A stretch of 50,906 nucleotides of DNA, counting the filler, from Catajapyx aquilonaris (taxonomy: Eukaryota), in assembly GCA_000934665.2 (NCBI GenBank). It is 2 parts of 2 records of this genome, joined end to end, with 100 filler letters (N's around TTAATTAATTAA, not from the genome) between each part and the next. Parts side by side here need not be neighbours in the genome. Positions count along the whole stretch, not along the records: positions 25,615 to 50,906 come from KZ539344.1; 1 more part is not named here. The stretch is one strand, 5' to 3'. Positions 35,162-47,253 of this stretch are shown here, piece after piece. The position numbers and the translations under genes were made by a program. A model generated the notes under the pieces. The model did not search any database. It was given only the letters and a program-made list of their open reading frames with translations, and had not been told where the DNA came from. Within the stretch, counting starts at the first letter, position 1; every line of letters starts with the position of its first letter.

Positions 35162-35235
35162 TTCAAATTGAAATGTTGTTCCTCTCTATTCTTATTCTTA
35201 TATAAGAATAGAGAGGAACAACATTTCAATTTGAA
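35162..35235. repeat. Perfect 34-bp inverted repeat with 6-nt loop
   Basis: ttcaaattgaaatgttgttcctctctattcttat-tcttat-ataagaatagagaggaacaacatttcaatttgaa. Confidence 0.95.
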
Positions 35236-36067
35236 ATTTTTTACATGTGATTACTAACTGTTGGCCATCCTGGTAATCATGCTAAGTGTAGGGGAGCGTG
35301 ACAAAGATGGAAGAAACACAAACATTCCTTGAATGCAGGTGCTTTTTTTTATGGAAATTGTGATGGACTCAGGTGCCCAAGAGAGCAAAATATTCTCTCC
35401 TACCAAAGTTGCTTTTTTTGGAGTCCCCTTGCACCCTGCCCAATGCTCCAATGTGTCGATATGTTGAGATACCTTTGATATGTTGATTCATTTCTTTAGG
35501 GGCAAGGAAACGTTCTTCTCAGCTGCCATTTAACCAGCCACTAGTACATTTCAGGAGTTATTGAGTACAGTAGAGTGAGGGGAAAAAGAGGACATAAGTA
35601 TGTGTCAAACTTGCAGCTGGTTGTTTGTTTTTTTTTAAATGCTGGCTGCAACCTTTCTGTTGCATTCTAACAAAGGTACCCCCGCGAGCATAAAGATGGA
35701 GACGGCAGGCCCTTTCTTGACCATTCTTTATCCGACTCAAATTAATGAACTATTTTTTGGACCGAGTTTGCTGCTTCAGGCGTGTGTTCGTGTATTTATG
35801 ACAGTATATTTGATACCGTAATTGCTGAGATTGACAGAGCAGCCTGCCGAAGGTGAGGGCCTGCCATCTCCATCTTTATTCTCGCGGGTGTATACATACG
35901 TCTAAAGAATGGAATTGTTATATGGGTAAATTATTTGGTGTTCTGAGAAGAAACTGGAACGTTTAAAAAACCCCAAAAAACAAGTAGCCTATTTACTTTT
36001 GAACAGTTACATATTTTGTATGTTGGGGCTATTTTGTTGCAGTGACTCATAATCAAATCAATCAATT

Positions 36068-36388
36068 GGGGAGGCGAAGTGGTGCAACGGTAACGTTCGC
36101 GCCCACGGATGTTACGGTCCCGGGTTCGATCCCAACCCGGGGACACCCCCTTCATCTCATGCAGAGTAAAGTGTCGTCTCTGACTTCGTCTCGGGTGGAA
36201 TTTCCACAGACTAATCCACCCGGGGGAGCTCACAAAACGACCACATGCGGACAAGGCACTTCACTCGCACATCCCCTCCTGTCATCCCTTCCTGCCCGTG
36301 GGCCTGGGCGCTGTATAAATAGGATTCCAATTGTAGTTGACAATTAATAAAGGTCCGGCAAGACCCAATAGGGGTACGCCTATACCCA

Positions 36389-36433
<45 letters not shown>
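36068..36433 (+). mobile_element. tRNA-derived SINE, family A copy 3 (different 3' region, (ATT)n tail)
   Basis: A box tggtgcaacgg, B box ggttcgatccc; 13-bp TSD aaatcaatcaatt at 36055-36067 and 36434-36446. Confidence 0.9.
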
Positions 36434-36435
<2 letters not shown>

Positions 36436-36491
36436 ATCAATCAATTTATCCTTAGTGTTTGACTTCACTGAGGGACACTACTCCATACAAT

Positions 36492-36552
36492 CAATAAATC
36501 AATCAATTTTTATTTTCCTCCCTGCGTCAGCGCAGGGAGGGACAACCCCGTA
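36492..36552 (-). mobile_element. Severely 5'-truncated retroelement 3' end (stem-loop plus ATTG-type tail)
   Basis: 15-bp TSD actactccatacaat at 36477-36491 and 36553-36567; hairpin cctccctgcg-tcag-cgcagggagg. Confidence 0.75.
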
Positions 36553-36647
36553 ACTACTCCATACAATGTTAATAGTTCATAATTTATGTATAGTAACAAA
36601 TGGTAGGGAGAGGGAGTACAACACGTACAAACAAATAGCCTCTACAG

Positions 36648-36982
36648 GGGGAGGTGTGGTGGCCGAGATGGTAACGTCTCGGCTTGTTGAGTGACAGGTC
36701 CCAGGTTCGATCCCCGCCTGGGAGTTCCCTTTCTCCTCCGTCAGGCGGGTCTCTGACCTGCACCATGGAGGTGTCTGGCAACCTAACCTCCTGGGGAACA
36801 GCACAAGACCCACAGTTGAGACAATGCACTTGCACCCATGTTCCCTCTCCAAAAATCCAGATCCTTACCCACTGTCCCTGATTCCCTGCACCGGTATTAG
36901 GAGAAAATGAAAATTGAAAATATGGAAATATGGTGGTAGTCCACCCCACTACATTGACATATGTCTCAAGGAGTACAATCTA

Positions 36983-37027
<45 letters not shown>
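36648..37027 (+). mobile_element. tRNA-derived SINE, family C copy 1 ((AAT)n tail)
   Basis: A box tggccgagatgg, B box ggttcgatccc; body homologous to 42021 copy; degenerate TSD aatagcc.. Confidence 0.88.
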
Positions 37028-37029
<2 letters not shown>

Positions 37030-37042
37030 GCCGCCGCTGCAG

Positions 37043-37297
37043 CAGTGCTTCCCAATTTCTTTCGTTGGCGACCCAAAAAATTGCCTGGTAAAATTTGTGA
37101 CCCCCTATATGTGCACATTTTGATCCGCCAACATGAAAAGACAGGTAAACAGTGTCAATATGACCTCACCTTATGGTCATGATTTTCAAGAAAGATAGCA
37201 TCATTTTGTGAAAATAATTTGTTACCCACCCTCGTGACCCCAAATATTATTTTTGCGACCCCAAAAGGGGTCACGACCCACAGTTTGGGAAGCACTG
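37043..37297. mobile_element. hAT (Charlie-like) MITE
   Basis: TIR cagtgcttcccaa / ttgggaagcactg; flanks cgctgcag / ctctacag; gcgaccc subterminal motifs as in 15738 element. Confidence 0.8.
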
Positions 37298-37668
37298 CTC
37301 TACAGAATCTAAAGTGGAGGGAGTGGAGGATGTGTCATCTTAAATATTGCCATGCCACTTGGCCATGTAAGTAAGAAAAAAGAACCTTTGTTTCCATTGT
37401 TTAGCAGTGACCCACAATGCTGCATCCACTTCTGCCTCTTGAAAAAAGCAAGAACTGATATCTGCAGAGATAAGGTCTATTCTCATATCCTGGGGAAGTG
37501 ACCTGTGCAACTGGGCATCATTGTTGTTGGACATATTTCTGCAACAACCACGCATTTCCACGATGGTTCCTGGTCACAAGTAGGCAATGCAGGCCAAGTG
37601 ACCATGACCTACAGAGTTCTGATGTTTTTATAAGTACGTATTATTCTGTGTATGCAAGAGAGTGAGAT

Positions 37669-37800
37669 AATAATTCATACCCCGTTATCAGCCGGCGGCT
37701 CTTTAGGGGGGAAGTTTTTGTTTTGCCTGGAACTCTTTGCTTTCATTTTACTTTGCTTTTTGGGATAGGATAGGGACGGAAGGAAGCGGCTGTGGCCCGT
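37669..37800 (-). mobile_element. 5'-truncated SINE, family B with tail type 2
   Basis: Reverse complement of 10797-10925; 16-bp TSD tgcaagagagtgagat at 37653-37668 and 37801-37816. Confidence 0.9.
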
Positions 37801-39104
37801 TGCAAGAGAGTGAGATTTTTGCAAGATAACAAATCTTGGCTTCCTGAATGGATGTCTACTTTTGCATATATACAGGGGACAAAATAATAGGAACACCTGC
37901 AAAAAGTGGTTGAAACTTCGCGTCTGTTTTATTCGAAAACTAGAAAAGTTACAAAGATGACCTTTACCAGGTGTTGAAGCTCCGTCGATGTACATTTGTG
38001 GGGGTATGGAGATGATGCAGAAATCAAGAGAGCAGGAGAGAAACAAAAGACGAACGACACCCCCCAGACCCCATTTTTGACCAGTGTTCCAGGCTTGTCA
38101 TTTTAAAACCAAAATAGTTACGTATATGAACTTTACTGGGTTTTCAAGCTCTATCGATGTCAACCATACTGGTATGTTGTAATGTACTGTACATATCTGG
38201 CCTACTTACTACTATAACATATATAACTGCATCTTTTCAACTATTTTTGAATAATTATTATCATTATCTGGTAATTGCATACAAAAAATTCTTCATGTGT
38301 GAATAATGTGCTAAGGGAAGGCTAAATGTAACAATGTAAAGAATTTGTTATCCAACAATAATGTCACAGAAAAAATAACTCCTAAAATATTAACTGAATT
38401 ATTAATAACAGCAATTAAATATACACTACAGGCACTGCAATTACATAGACCTACATCCATCAACCAAAATACCTGCTCCGCCTGTTATTTATATTGCACC
38501 GATTGCACCTATAATGAATATTGACTATTGCAGCCACTAGATGACTAGAATGACAATGTTAACATTCTCAAATAATAACCTACTTAGCGGAAAACATAAT
38601 TTGGAGTTAGTATCCAGTACGTTGGGAGAAGCAGTTTTCAAACGCTTGGTGATTTTTTTAAACTGCCTCCGAATCCCTCCCATTTCATGACTCAGGTCTG
38701 CCAATGGGCAATGTAGTCAATGTAGTAGAGCGAGTAGAGCGTTTCCGCCGACATTTCGTAATTGTTTTAAAAATATTTAATAATGTATATTGCAACATGC
38801 ACTATTTCGTATGCATTAATTTGGAAGCATGACAAAGACAGGTATTGATTGGTGTCTTTGTGGCGCTTTTGTGGCCTCTTCGGGCCTCTTTCACATCCGG
38901 GACTTTTTTGCAATGGCGCATGACAATATGTTGATAAGCAGCTATAGTTATAGCTGTTGCTATTATTACTTTTTTGTTTCAAGTAATTCCGGATAATAAA
39001 TCATGCAAGGTTCTTTTATTTAGGTGTAAATTATCTTAACGCGACCTATTTATATTTATTTATAAAATAAAGTGCTACTTCATCCATAACTTATGAGGAA
39101 TAAA

Positions 39105-39334
39105 TCAGTTACCGCCATGTGCCATCTAGCAGCTACCTGCGTTTGCAAATCGCTGTTTCGCTATTGTGGGAGAGCGAGAGCGTCCTCAAAGTCGACATAT
39201 TCATCTGTATTCATCTCTTCCCTGGTGCACGCCTGGTGCCTGGTCTAGCTTGTGTTCTTCGATAGGCGCTGCCCCGATTCAGGTCGTTCCAGCATCTACA
39301 GGCGAAAGAGCTCCCGGTTGATCCCTACGAGCAG
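39105..39334 (+). promoter_or_regulatory. Probable Rbp1 promoter and non-coding first exon
   Basis: CpG-rich tract, YY1-like ccgccatgt and CTCF-like gtgccatctagcag at 39112-39132, pyrimidine initiator-like catctcttcc near 39212, strong donor CAG|gtgagt at 39334/5 matching the acceptor 1 nt before the ATG at 42465. Confidence 0.6.
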
Positions 39335-40731
39335 GTGAGTGTCCTGTCCCGGTCGGAAATGAAACCTGGAGCTCATGACATGAATAGAAAGTAGGGTAGC
39401 AAATGTGATTTATTAAGCTGAGTGTTCGTGAACCCAATTGTTATTACAATGCAATAAACGAAGCAGAGGCAATGCCGAGGTGGATTCCGATGATTCGAAA
39501 GCGGACGTGAGGAGAAAATGCGGTGCGGTGCCCCCACCCCCAGGGGGTGAAAGGTAGCTTCCCTTGGGGTGTGAGCAAGGTGCACTTCTGGAGTTCATCA
39601 AACTATGAACTTAATCAGTCACCCCTGGTATAGGGGGTGTGACAAGGTCACAAGGACCAACTGTCTTCAAAGGGGTTGCGGAGGCCCGAAAAGGTTAAGA
39701 ACCCCTGTGCTAATGTGTGTCACCCGTGGTTTACGATCTAAGCTCATATCAGGGTCAACCACATGCGGATGATAACCTTTGATCACACGCATGTGCTCCA
39801 AGTGTTGACTACCATCGTACAAGAAAATTGTGGTTTTATAGTTGATTGATCATTAAGGTGGATGGTGCAAGTGTCAACCCAGCCAGCTATTGTATTTTTT
39901 GGGTGATCGAGGAATTGTGCTGTGGCAAGGAAGATTACATGTCAGTTGTGTATAACTCCAATGATCAGGATACAAGTGATTGAAGTCTTAGGTGGGCGCA
40001 TTTTATACAGGCTGATTTTTAGTGCCACGCTGATACTATCAGCTATATATCATTTTAGAGGCACTTTTCGTTGGGTGTGAGAGAGTAAGATGACAACATA
40101 CGAAAAGTCTGACAATGCACTTGAGCATGTGATTTTTGTGGTGAATTATACATGTTTTGCGTGTAAAGGTGCCAAAAACAGCACTCATTTACACCCTACA
40201 GAAGTGCCACAAAAAATATTCCAAAGTTTCGCTCCCCACACCAGGTAGGTGGTTGCAAGAGGGTTCAGGCGGAAAGTTAGGATAGGATAGCAAATTACCT
40301 GATTTTATGCTGTGTTTGGCCTGCGACGTCGTTTTCACGTGAAGCACAGGCAGCGACAGGCAGAATAATGGGCTACGTTTCATGCTCATAATATCTTGAA
40401 CAAAGGGTTATGTGGCATAAAGACACAATTTAAGTTCTTCTACGTACATTTACCAAAGGTCCCAACATTTGTATCTATGATAAGAACACCAACAGGTGCA
40501 TGGGGCTCTTCAGCCCTTGGATTCAGTGCATTTCAGTGATGAGAATGCTGCTGTGATACCAGACATTTCACACTTCATTGCCTGAAGTAACCTTAAACAT
40601 AACCTTAAACTTTATCTCCAGACAGCAATGATGTGGGATCATAATAGCTTTTGACAGTTGTGGCTGTACTGTTACTGCACTGGGCCAGTGATGCATATCT
40701 CCCTCCTTATTAGAGTTCACGTTTGAGATGT

Positions 40732-40732
<1 letters not shown>

Positions 40733-40791
<59 letters not shown>

Positions 40792-41035
40792 GATACCCTG
40801 TGATAGGCCTCCTTGGGCCTTTTAGGGGACCATCTTCTCATTACCTATCTTAATCATTGTCTGTACTGTAATGGATTTTAATTGTGGGAACAGGAGAGCC
40901 CCGAGAAAACCCACGCACGGAGAGAACCCATCGAAACTCGATCCACATAAGTATCCTCTGTCCGACCCAAGGATTGAACTCGGGACCTCAGAGGTAGAAG
41001 GCTGTGGCGCTAACCACTACACCACCATGCCGCCC
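40733..41035 (-). mobile_element. tRNA-derived SINE, family D, V-domain-like body, (ATT)n tail
   Basis: Minus strand gggcggcatggtggtgtagtggttagc..gagttcaatcc head; gttctctccgtgcgtgggttttctcggggctctcctgtttcccaca body. Confidence 0.8.
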
Positions 41036-41391
41036 AGGTTTGGGCAAATCACTGCTCATAAAATTAGCACTTTAGAACTTGTGCCCTAATTTTGCAAGGG
41101 CTATTGCAGCTGAATCCTAACATTTTATGACAGTGCCTGTGGACGTTCAGGCTGAGAATGGTATCTCCTACCTGTAGTAGTGTGCTTTTGTAATATCTCC
41201 CAACACACCCTGTACATGTGGACTCCATCCATTGAACTGGAGGAGCCTTGAACCCTCAGGGATTCAGGGGCCAATTAACTGTGCGTGCCACTGCCATCTC
41301 CTCGGTTCTATTGCCAGAACCTGAAATCAGTATGCCACTGGACTCTGATTCAGAGGACATGACATTTGGACTTATCCTCACTTGCATTATA

Positions 41392-41631
41392 CAGGGTCTT
41401 AGCAAGTAAATTGGTTATTTTAGTTATTGACGCTATCGCCCAAAGTAGTTATTTTTGTGTAGCTTGTGCCCCGATCCAGGTGCCCCGTTGCTCCCAGGTG
41501 GTAAGAATATAGCAGTGGCTATACAGTAGAATAGGGCACCTGGATCAGGGCACAAGCAGCTACAAAAAAAAAAAAAAGCTTTGAGAGAAATTTTCTGTAA
41601 CTAAAAGGACCCACAAACTTGGAACTCCCTG
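41392..41631. mobile_element. Tc1/mariner-type MITE, same family as 5450-5680
   Basis: TA|caggg ... ccctg|TA; internal cttgtgccccgatccaggtgccc / gggcacctggatcagggcacaag hairpin. Confidence 0.7.
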
Positions 41632-42020
41632 TATTTCTTGAACTGTTCTTGATGGTGATTAGTTATTTTTTTGGCACAATCAGGTTCAACTTCATGATAG
41701 TGAGGCCAAGATGGAGGGAGGGGGAAAGCAGGGTGCAAGTGTAATGGATGTAAGGAATTTTGGCTCAGCGCAGGGGAATTTGTTAGACATTTTCCTCCAC
41801 GAGTTCTTCACTGTCGAAATTTTTTTTTTTTCTTTATATTTTTCTCTGACAGTGGATCATGATCATAACGAGATAAATTACCAATGATTTATGCATGGAA
41901 GGAATCAGAATTTACACTAATTCAAATATTGGGGAATGTAAAAGAATGCAGTAAGGTGAAATTGAATTAGTTGCCAGGCTTGTGAATTGAAAAGAAGATA
42001 GTTTAAAGAGAATGGTTCCT

Positions 42021-42371
42021 GGGGGGGTGGGGTGGCCGAGATGGTAACGTCTCGGCTTTCTGAGTGAAAGGTCCCAGGTTCGATCCCCGCCTGGGGAACT
42101 TCCTTTCACCTGCGTCAGGAGGGTCTCTGACCCACGCCTTGGAGGTGTCTGGCTACCTAACCTCCTGGGGAACAGCACATGACCATTTAACGACATTGCA
42201 CTTGCACCTCTGTTCCCTCCCCAAAAATCCCTATCCTTACCCTATGTCCTTGATTTCCCTGCACCAACTGAAGAAAAAGGGAAAATACCTTTAGAAGAAA
42301 ATATGATGTCCCACCCACCTAAGAGAGCCACCTGGCTCTATCATGAGGTAGCAAAAAAAAACAAAACAGTT
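42021..42371 (+). mobile_element. tRNA-derived SINE, family C copy 2 (different tail, A-rich end)
   Basis: Head/body homologous to 36648 copy; 9-bp TSD aatggttcc at 42011-42019 and 42372-42380. Confidence 0.88.
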
Positions 42372-42464
42372 AATGGTTCCAATCTTTGGTTTATCACATG
42401 AAGAGTATTTGAAGGTTTGGCAGCTAGCATGGAATAAAAGTTTTCCTCCCTTTGCTGTTTCAGG

Positions 42465-42673
42465 ATGTCACGCTATCGTGAATGGGACCTTTCTTGCAAA
42501 GTGTATGTTGGAAACTTGGGGAGCAACGCATCCAAGCATGAGATCGAGTCTGCCTTTAGCAAGTATGGGCCACTGAGGAATGTGTGGGTGGCTCGAAACC
42601 CTCCAGGGTTTGCCTTCGTTGAGTTCGAGGATCCTCGTGACGCTGAAGACGCTGTCAGGGGACTTGACGGCAC
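42465..42673 (+). CDS. Rbp1: Rbp1 / SRSF3-type SR splicing factor, RRM exon
   Basis: [70 protein letters not shown], near-identical to insect Rbp1; tttcag acceptor, AC|gtaagt donor. Confidence 0.95.
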
Positions 42674-43003
42674 GTAAGTAGCTTTACTTATTTTTTACCT
42701 TTCATATTCAAAACTGCCATGGAATAAGAACATGTAATCATAGTGCATAATATTTGTAGAAATGCAAACTTGAATAATTCAAACCCCATGCACTCAGCTG
42801 GCACCCACAAGCCCTTGTAGTTACTATGTGGGGCATGAACTCAGGAATCTATTCTTTTAATGTTGAGGGTAGGGGAGATTGGGGTCGGTTGTAACACTTT
42901 TTTTGTCTGGTTTTTTAAAATTTAGTTACACATGCATTTAGGCAAAGGTTTATGACATGGTGGAAATAAGGCAACATTCCTCTTTGTAAAAATAGACAGT
43001 AAA

Positions 43004-43324
43004 ACTGCCGAAAACTATTCTTCCTCTGGGTGAGATAAAAAGTAAGAAACAAGTCCATAGGTGGGGGTTGGTTCGTGTCAGGGATGTGTGATAATCAAAT
43101 TTAATTGAAAACATTCGTGCTTTGGGGCTGGGAAGAATTAGGCAGAGTATGAGAGTCGGAGGAGTACATAAAAGCAATATCTGCCTAATTCTTCTCAGAC
43201 CCAAAGCACGAATGTTTTGAATTAAATTTGATTATCACACATCCCTATGACACGAACCAACCCCCACCTATGGACTTGTTTCTTACTTTTTATCTCACCC
43301 AGAGGAAGAATAGTTTTCTGCAGT
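43004..43324. repeat. Near-perfect ~142-bp inverted repeat with 35-nt spacer
   Basis: 43004-43145 mirrored by 43181-43324. Confidence 0.93.
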
Positions 43325-43729
43325 GTTACATCCTATTTTTATTTAATTCTTTTCATCATCAGAATAAAGTAATGTAAAGATATTTTAGGTATTTTAATTA
43401 TTACTAAGAGCCTCTCCGCATCGACTCAGACGAGTACATGGGTCATGGTGGGTTTTTCTGTGGTGCAGAAAAAGAGCGAGAGTCACAAAACTGACACTAT
43501 CGAAATCGCCACGTAACTCAAAAAGTAAAGGTTTTTCTCAAATAAAGGTAGGCAGGAGGGCACCCCCTGGGAACATTGCGGTTCGAATAACAGATTGTAT
43601 GACCCTCTACGACGATCCATTTAGGCTGTACCCTGGTCTAAGTAACGACACTTTTTTGAACTTTGACCCCGGCTAATGACCCCGGTAATGGCCCTGCTAA
43701 AGTTTGAAACTGTAGTGAGCGGAGTGTAA

Positions 43730-43982
43730 GAAGCACCCAGAAGCAGAAGTGATTAAGTCAGTTTTTCTCCAAATTGCGTTTCTGGCTTTTTTGTGGTCCT
43801 ATTGTATGGTACTATTTTACGGAAAAATATTTTGCGCGGCAAAGGAACGATGTCAGTGTTCTCCACATCATATCATCCATGACATAGTCGAACTTCCGAA
43901 GCAGAAGTTGCTAAGTACTACTTAAGGCCTGTCCTGAAAAGTTTGTCAAAATGACTTAATCACTTTTGCTTCTGGATGCTTC
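43730..43982. repeat. 35-bp inverted repeat inside a CpG-richer nested insertion (~43390-44140, possibly Helentron/HINE-like)
   Basis: gaagcacccagaagcagaagtgattaagtca / tgacttaatcacttttgcttctggatgcttc; element class is weak inference. Confidence 0.5.
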
Positions 43983-45923
43983 ATTAATCTTGTTTCTGAT
44001 TTGAAATCGATTAACCCGATCGCGAGTTATGAAGTCGGGAAATTAACATTGGTAGCGTAGCGATTCCCTACTATTCGTTTTTGGCCTGCAACCAGCAGGT
44101 GGAGTTGCCGGGCCCTGCCAGTTGCCCAGCGAATAGAAAAATTCTCATAATGAAATCTTGAGATTAAAAATTGATAGATTTATAAATATTTTCCCAAGGC
44201 AAGGCAGAGTGTTACAACCGACCCCATCATAGGGGGGGTTGTAACAGAGGGCAGGGTCGATTGTAACACTTATGTCTTAAATGGTAAATGTAATATGGAA
44301 GAACAATTTACACCCACTCATCTTCTCAGCAATAATTGTCTTTATAGCCTACTTGATCCACATAGATTGCTCTATATCTCTCAATACACTGGTATTTATA
44401 CAGCAGAATAGTATTGCAAGAGAATAGATTTTTTATTCATATAAATTTTTGACAAACTGGTTATAAGAGACTTGATTGCACAAAATAACTATTTCTACTC
44501 TCAATATCCTGTGAGATATGAGAGATGTGTAGCTGTAACATCTGTACACAGACTTGACCTTTCTCCTATGATTTTACCATGCTACAATGACCCCAAAGAA
44601 GCTGTTACAACTGTCCCCAGTGTGTGTTGTCTTGTAGACATGCTTACTACTTTTAAACTGTGCACATGATTTGGTCACCCAGACCATCAATGTGACCCCA
44701 CTAAAGGAACCTTTCCCATGATACCAAGGTCAATTCAATGTCACCTCTAGCCTTCACACAATCACTTGATTACTGTCACTTACAAAAGTTGGGAACACAC
44801 CTTGGTTTTGGTTTTTTGCATATAGAAGAACCAAAAAGGAGAAGCCAAAGTTTTGCCTGGTTTAGAGGCCATAGTGACACATGCGCTGTGGGAGTTTCAG
44901 CTTGAGGGCTTTCCAAACGTATTGATTATAGGCGATGTTACAACCGTACCCTGTTACAACAGACCCCTGATCTCCCCTATATTTGTTTTTGAACAAAACT
45001 CGAGGAAGCCAAATTTCCATTACTTATGAAGTGTGTGTTTTGTTTTGTTTTTTTACATTTAAAAAGTAAATGCATTATTATAAGTATATGCATTATGGAT
45101 GGTAAGAAAAGTGTCAAAAAATTCCAGTAATAACTCGTGACCTGTATCACAATTACATGGGGGGGGGGGGGGGNNNNNNNNNNNNNNNNNNNNNNNNNNN
45201 NNNNNNNNNNNNNNNNNNNNNNNNNNNNNNNNNNNNNNNNNNNNNNNNNNNNNNNNNNNNNNNNNNNNNNNNNNNNNNNNNNNNNNNNNNNNNNNNNNNN
45301 NNNNNNNNNNNNNNNNNNNNCCCCCCCCCCCCCCCACCCCCACCCCATGCTTTCACAGGAAGACCCTAGGGGCCTAGGATATACCAAGGGGAGTGTTGCA
45401 CTGCTTGCTTCTTTACTAAAATCACATGTTATGCCTCCCATCTACTGGTGATGCAGCTACCCCAGCCTTGGTCTTGCTTGCCAGAGGTGCCGCTTCTGGA
45501 AATGTCGCTGGCAATATGCCGCAATTAATGTCCAACACTGTACCCTGGGCATTGTCGGTGTCATGGCCACATGGGAGTGGATTTACCAAGGGGCGCGAAT
45601 TTACGCAGCGTGATATACTCTGCTTAACTTTGTGCGGCACTTAACACCTCGCTTACACGGCTTATCTTCAGAGGCTGTAAAGTGATTCGCAAAGCGGTTC
45701 AGCAGTCCGTACAAGTAGGGAACAAGTGTAAAACTCATGTGTCTTGTAATGGGGCTCACTATTGGCTGCGTTGGGAGACAGCCACCAGAACCCAGCCAGA
45801 ACCCACCCTAGCGCTAACCTAGTGGAAGCCAGAGTACACTATAAATTGCTGGAGTTTTAATGAACAAGAAAACAAGGATTTTGGGCTATTGTAATGGAAG
45901 AATTAAAGCAGTTTTCATTCTAG

Positions 45924-46016
45924 GCGTCTTTGTGGGACTCGTGTTCGAGTGGAGATGTCAACAGGGCGTAGCCGCCGTACCAGCCGCAGACTCCTGCCTC
46001 CTCCGCGCTATTCCAG
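45924..46016 (+). CDS. Rbp1: Rbp1 exon completing the RRM (RLCGTRVRVEMSTGRSRRTSRRLLPPPRYSR)
   Basis: ttttcattctag acceptor, AG|gtaagc donor, phase fits; missed by ORF track. Confidence 0.93.
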
Positions 46017-46697
46017 GTAAGCTAATCACTTGAAGAGTGTTTAATTTTAATTCGAACAGTTTTTAATTAAAATTTTGGATGGAATGCTTGAGAAAATCAT
46101 TAGCCATCCAACTGGTGGGAGGGAAGGATTAACAAGCCCAATTTTTCATATGACAAGATTGCTTCATTCATTACGAAGGGCTTTTTGTCAAGTAGTGGAT
46201 GGAAGACGGATATTCTGTTCCTTGTTCGAAGTCAGTGGTGGGGAAAATAATCCATTTTTGTTGTATTTTGTTTTATGCATATCATTCCCCCTGCATCTGA
46301 GGAGTGTGGTTGGCGAGTTTTCACATTGAAATGCTCAGTCAATGCGAGTGGTGAATTTGAGCATGCCTATGTTTCATCATGTGAGTGCATCATTGCACCA
46401 GAGATGAATATGCTCTGCTTAAATTCAAGCTTGGTGCAAATGTCTACACCATTTTCTTGCATATAAGACCTAGCACTTTTTTTTAGTTTTCTGATTTTAT
46501 TGCAAAGCAAGTATTTGTTCTGCTCCTGTTTAGCTTTGGGCTTCTTTGACAGCTTATGGTGACAAAATAATTCAACTTTATGTCATTGCAATATGCAATT
46601 TAAAGGAGCTGTCTAGTAGATGGGTTTCTTCTTATATTCAAGTGAATATGGTAGTTCTAGCAAACCAAGCTTCAATTGAAAGGGAGCATTATTTATA

Positions 46698-47136
46698 CAG
46701 GGTGAAGGGGAACTCGCAGACAATCGCCAGGTAACGTATTGTATTCGCAAAACGAATATAGGGATGTGCAATTAGTTTTTGGCTCTGTTGTGTAGTTAAT
46801 GCGTACGGCACCTTGAAAGTGTAGAGGGCCGGATGCTAAAATATGAGGTAAAAAGGACAAAGTGCATGGGTGTCGTACCTGGATTCTTACTCTGATGGGA
46901 TTTGATCACCTATTGCACATGGATGATGTGTTAGGGGACCAAGGCAAGGGACCGGAGGCCCTCGAACTGACTTTTGCTTCTTGAAGCTGGCGGAACGGAG
47001 GTGACGTCACGGAACTTTAAAGGCGCCATACGCATTAACTATGCAACGGAGCCCAAAACTAATTGCACATCCCTATATTAGTTTACCAGTATTATCAGTC
47101 TACCTGGCGATTGTCCGCGAGTTTCCCTTCACCCTG
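46698..47136. mobile_element. Tc1/mariner-type MITE, CAGGGTGAAGGGAAAC family copy 3
   Basis: TA|cagggtgaagggg ... cccttcaccctg|TA. Confidence 0.9.
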
Positions 47137-47253
47137 TATGTACAATTGGCATTTAAGAAATAGTGTGGAAGGTGGTGACTCATGGAGAAAAAAAAGGAAT
47201 GGGTTTTTAAATATATGAGAGAAACAAACTGATTGTATGGCCCCAATTTCCAG

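Larger units (their letters stand above)
42872..44977. mobile_element. 2.1-kb composite non-autonomous DNA transposon (TA-flanked, GGGGAGAT ends)
   Basis: TA|ggggagattggggtcggttgtaaca ... tgttacaacagacccctgatctcccc|TA; tgttacaaccg motif repeated internally at 44210-44270. Confidence 0.75.

Noticed and set aside
40536..40586. Box C/D snoRNA candidate (GTGATGA..CTGA), similar pairs at 805 and 12872
   Set aside because: Too short, no terminal stem or recognisable rRNA guide.
45159..45345. Poly-Gly/poly-Pro ORFs around N runs (also 31880-31935)
   Set aside because: Homopolymer G/C runs flanking sequencing gaps.
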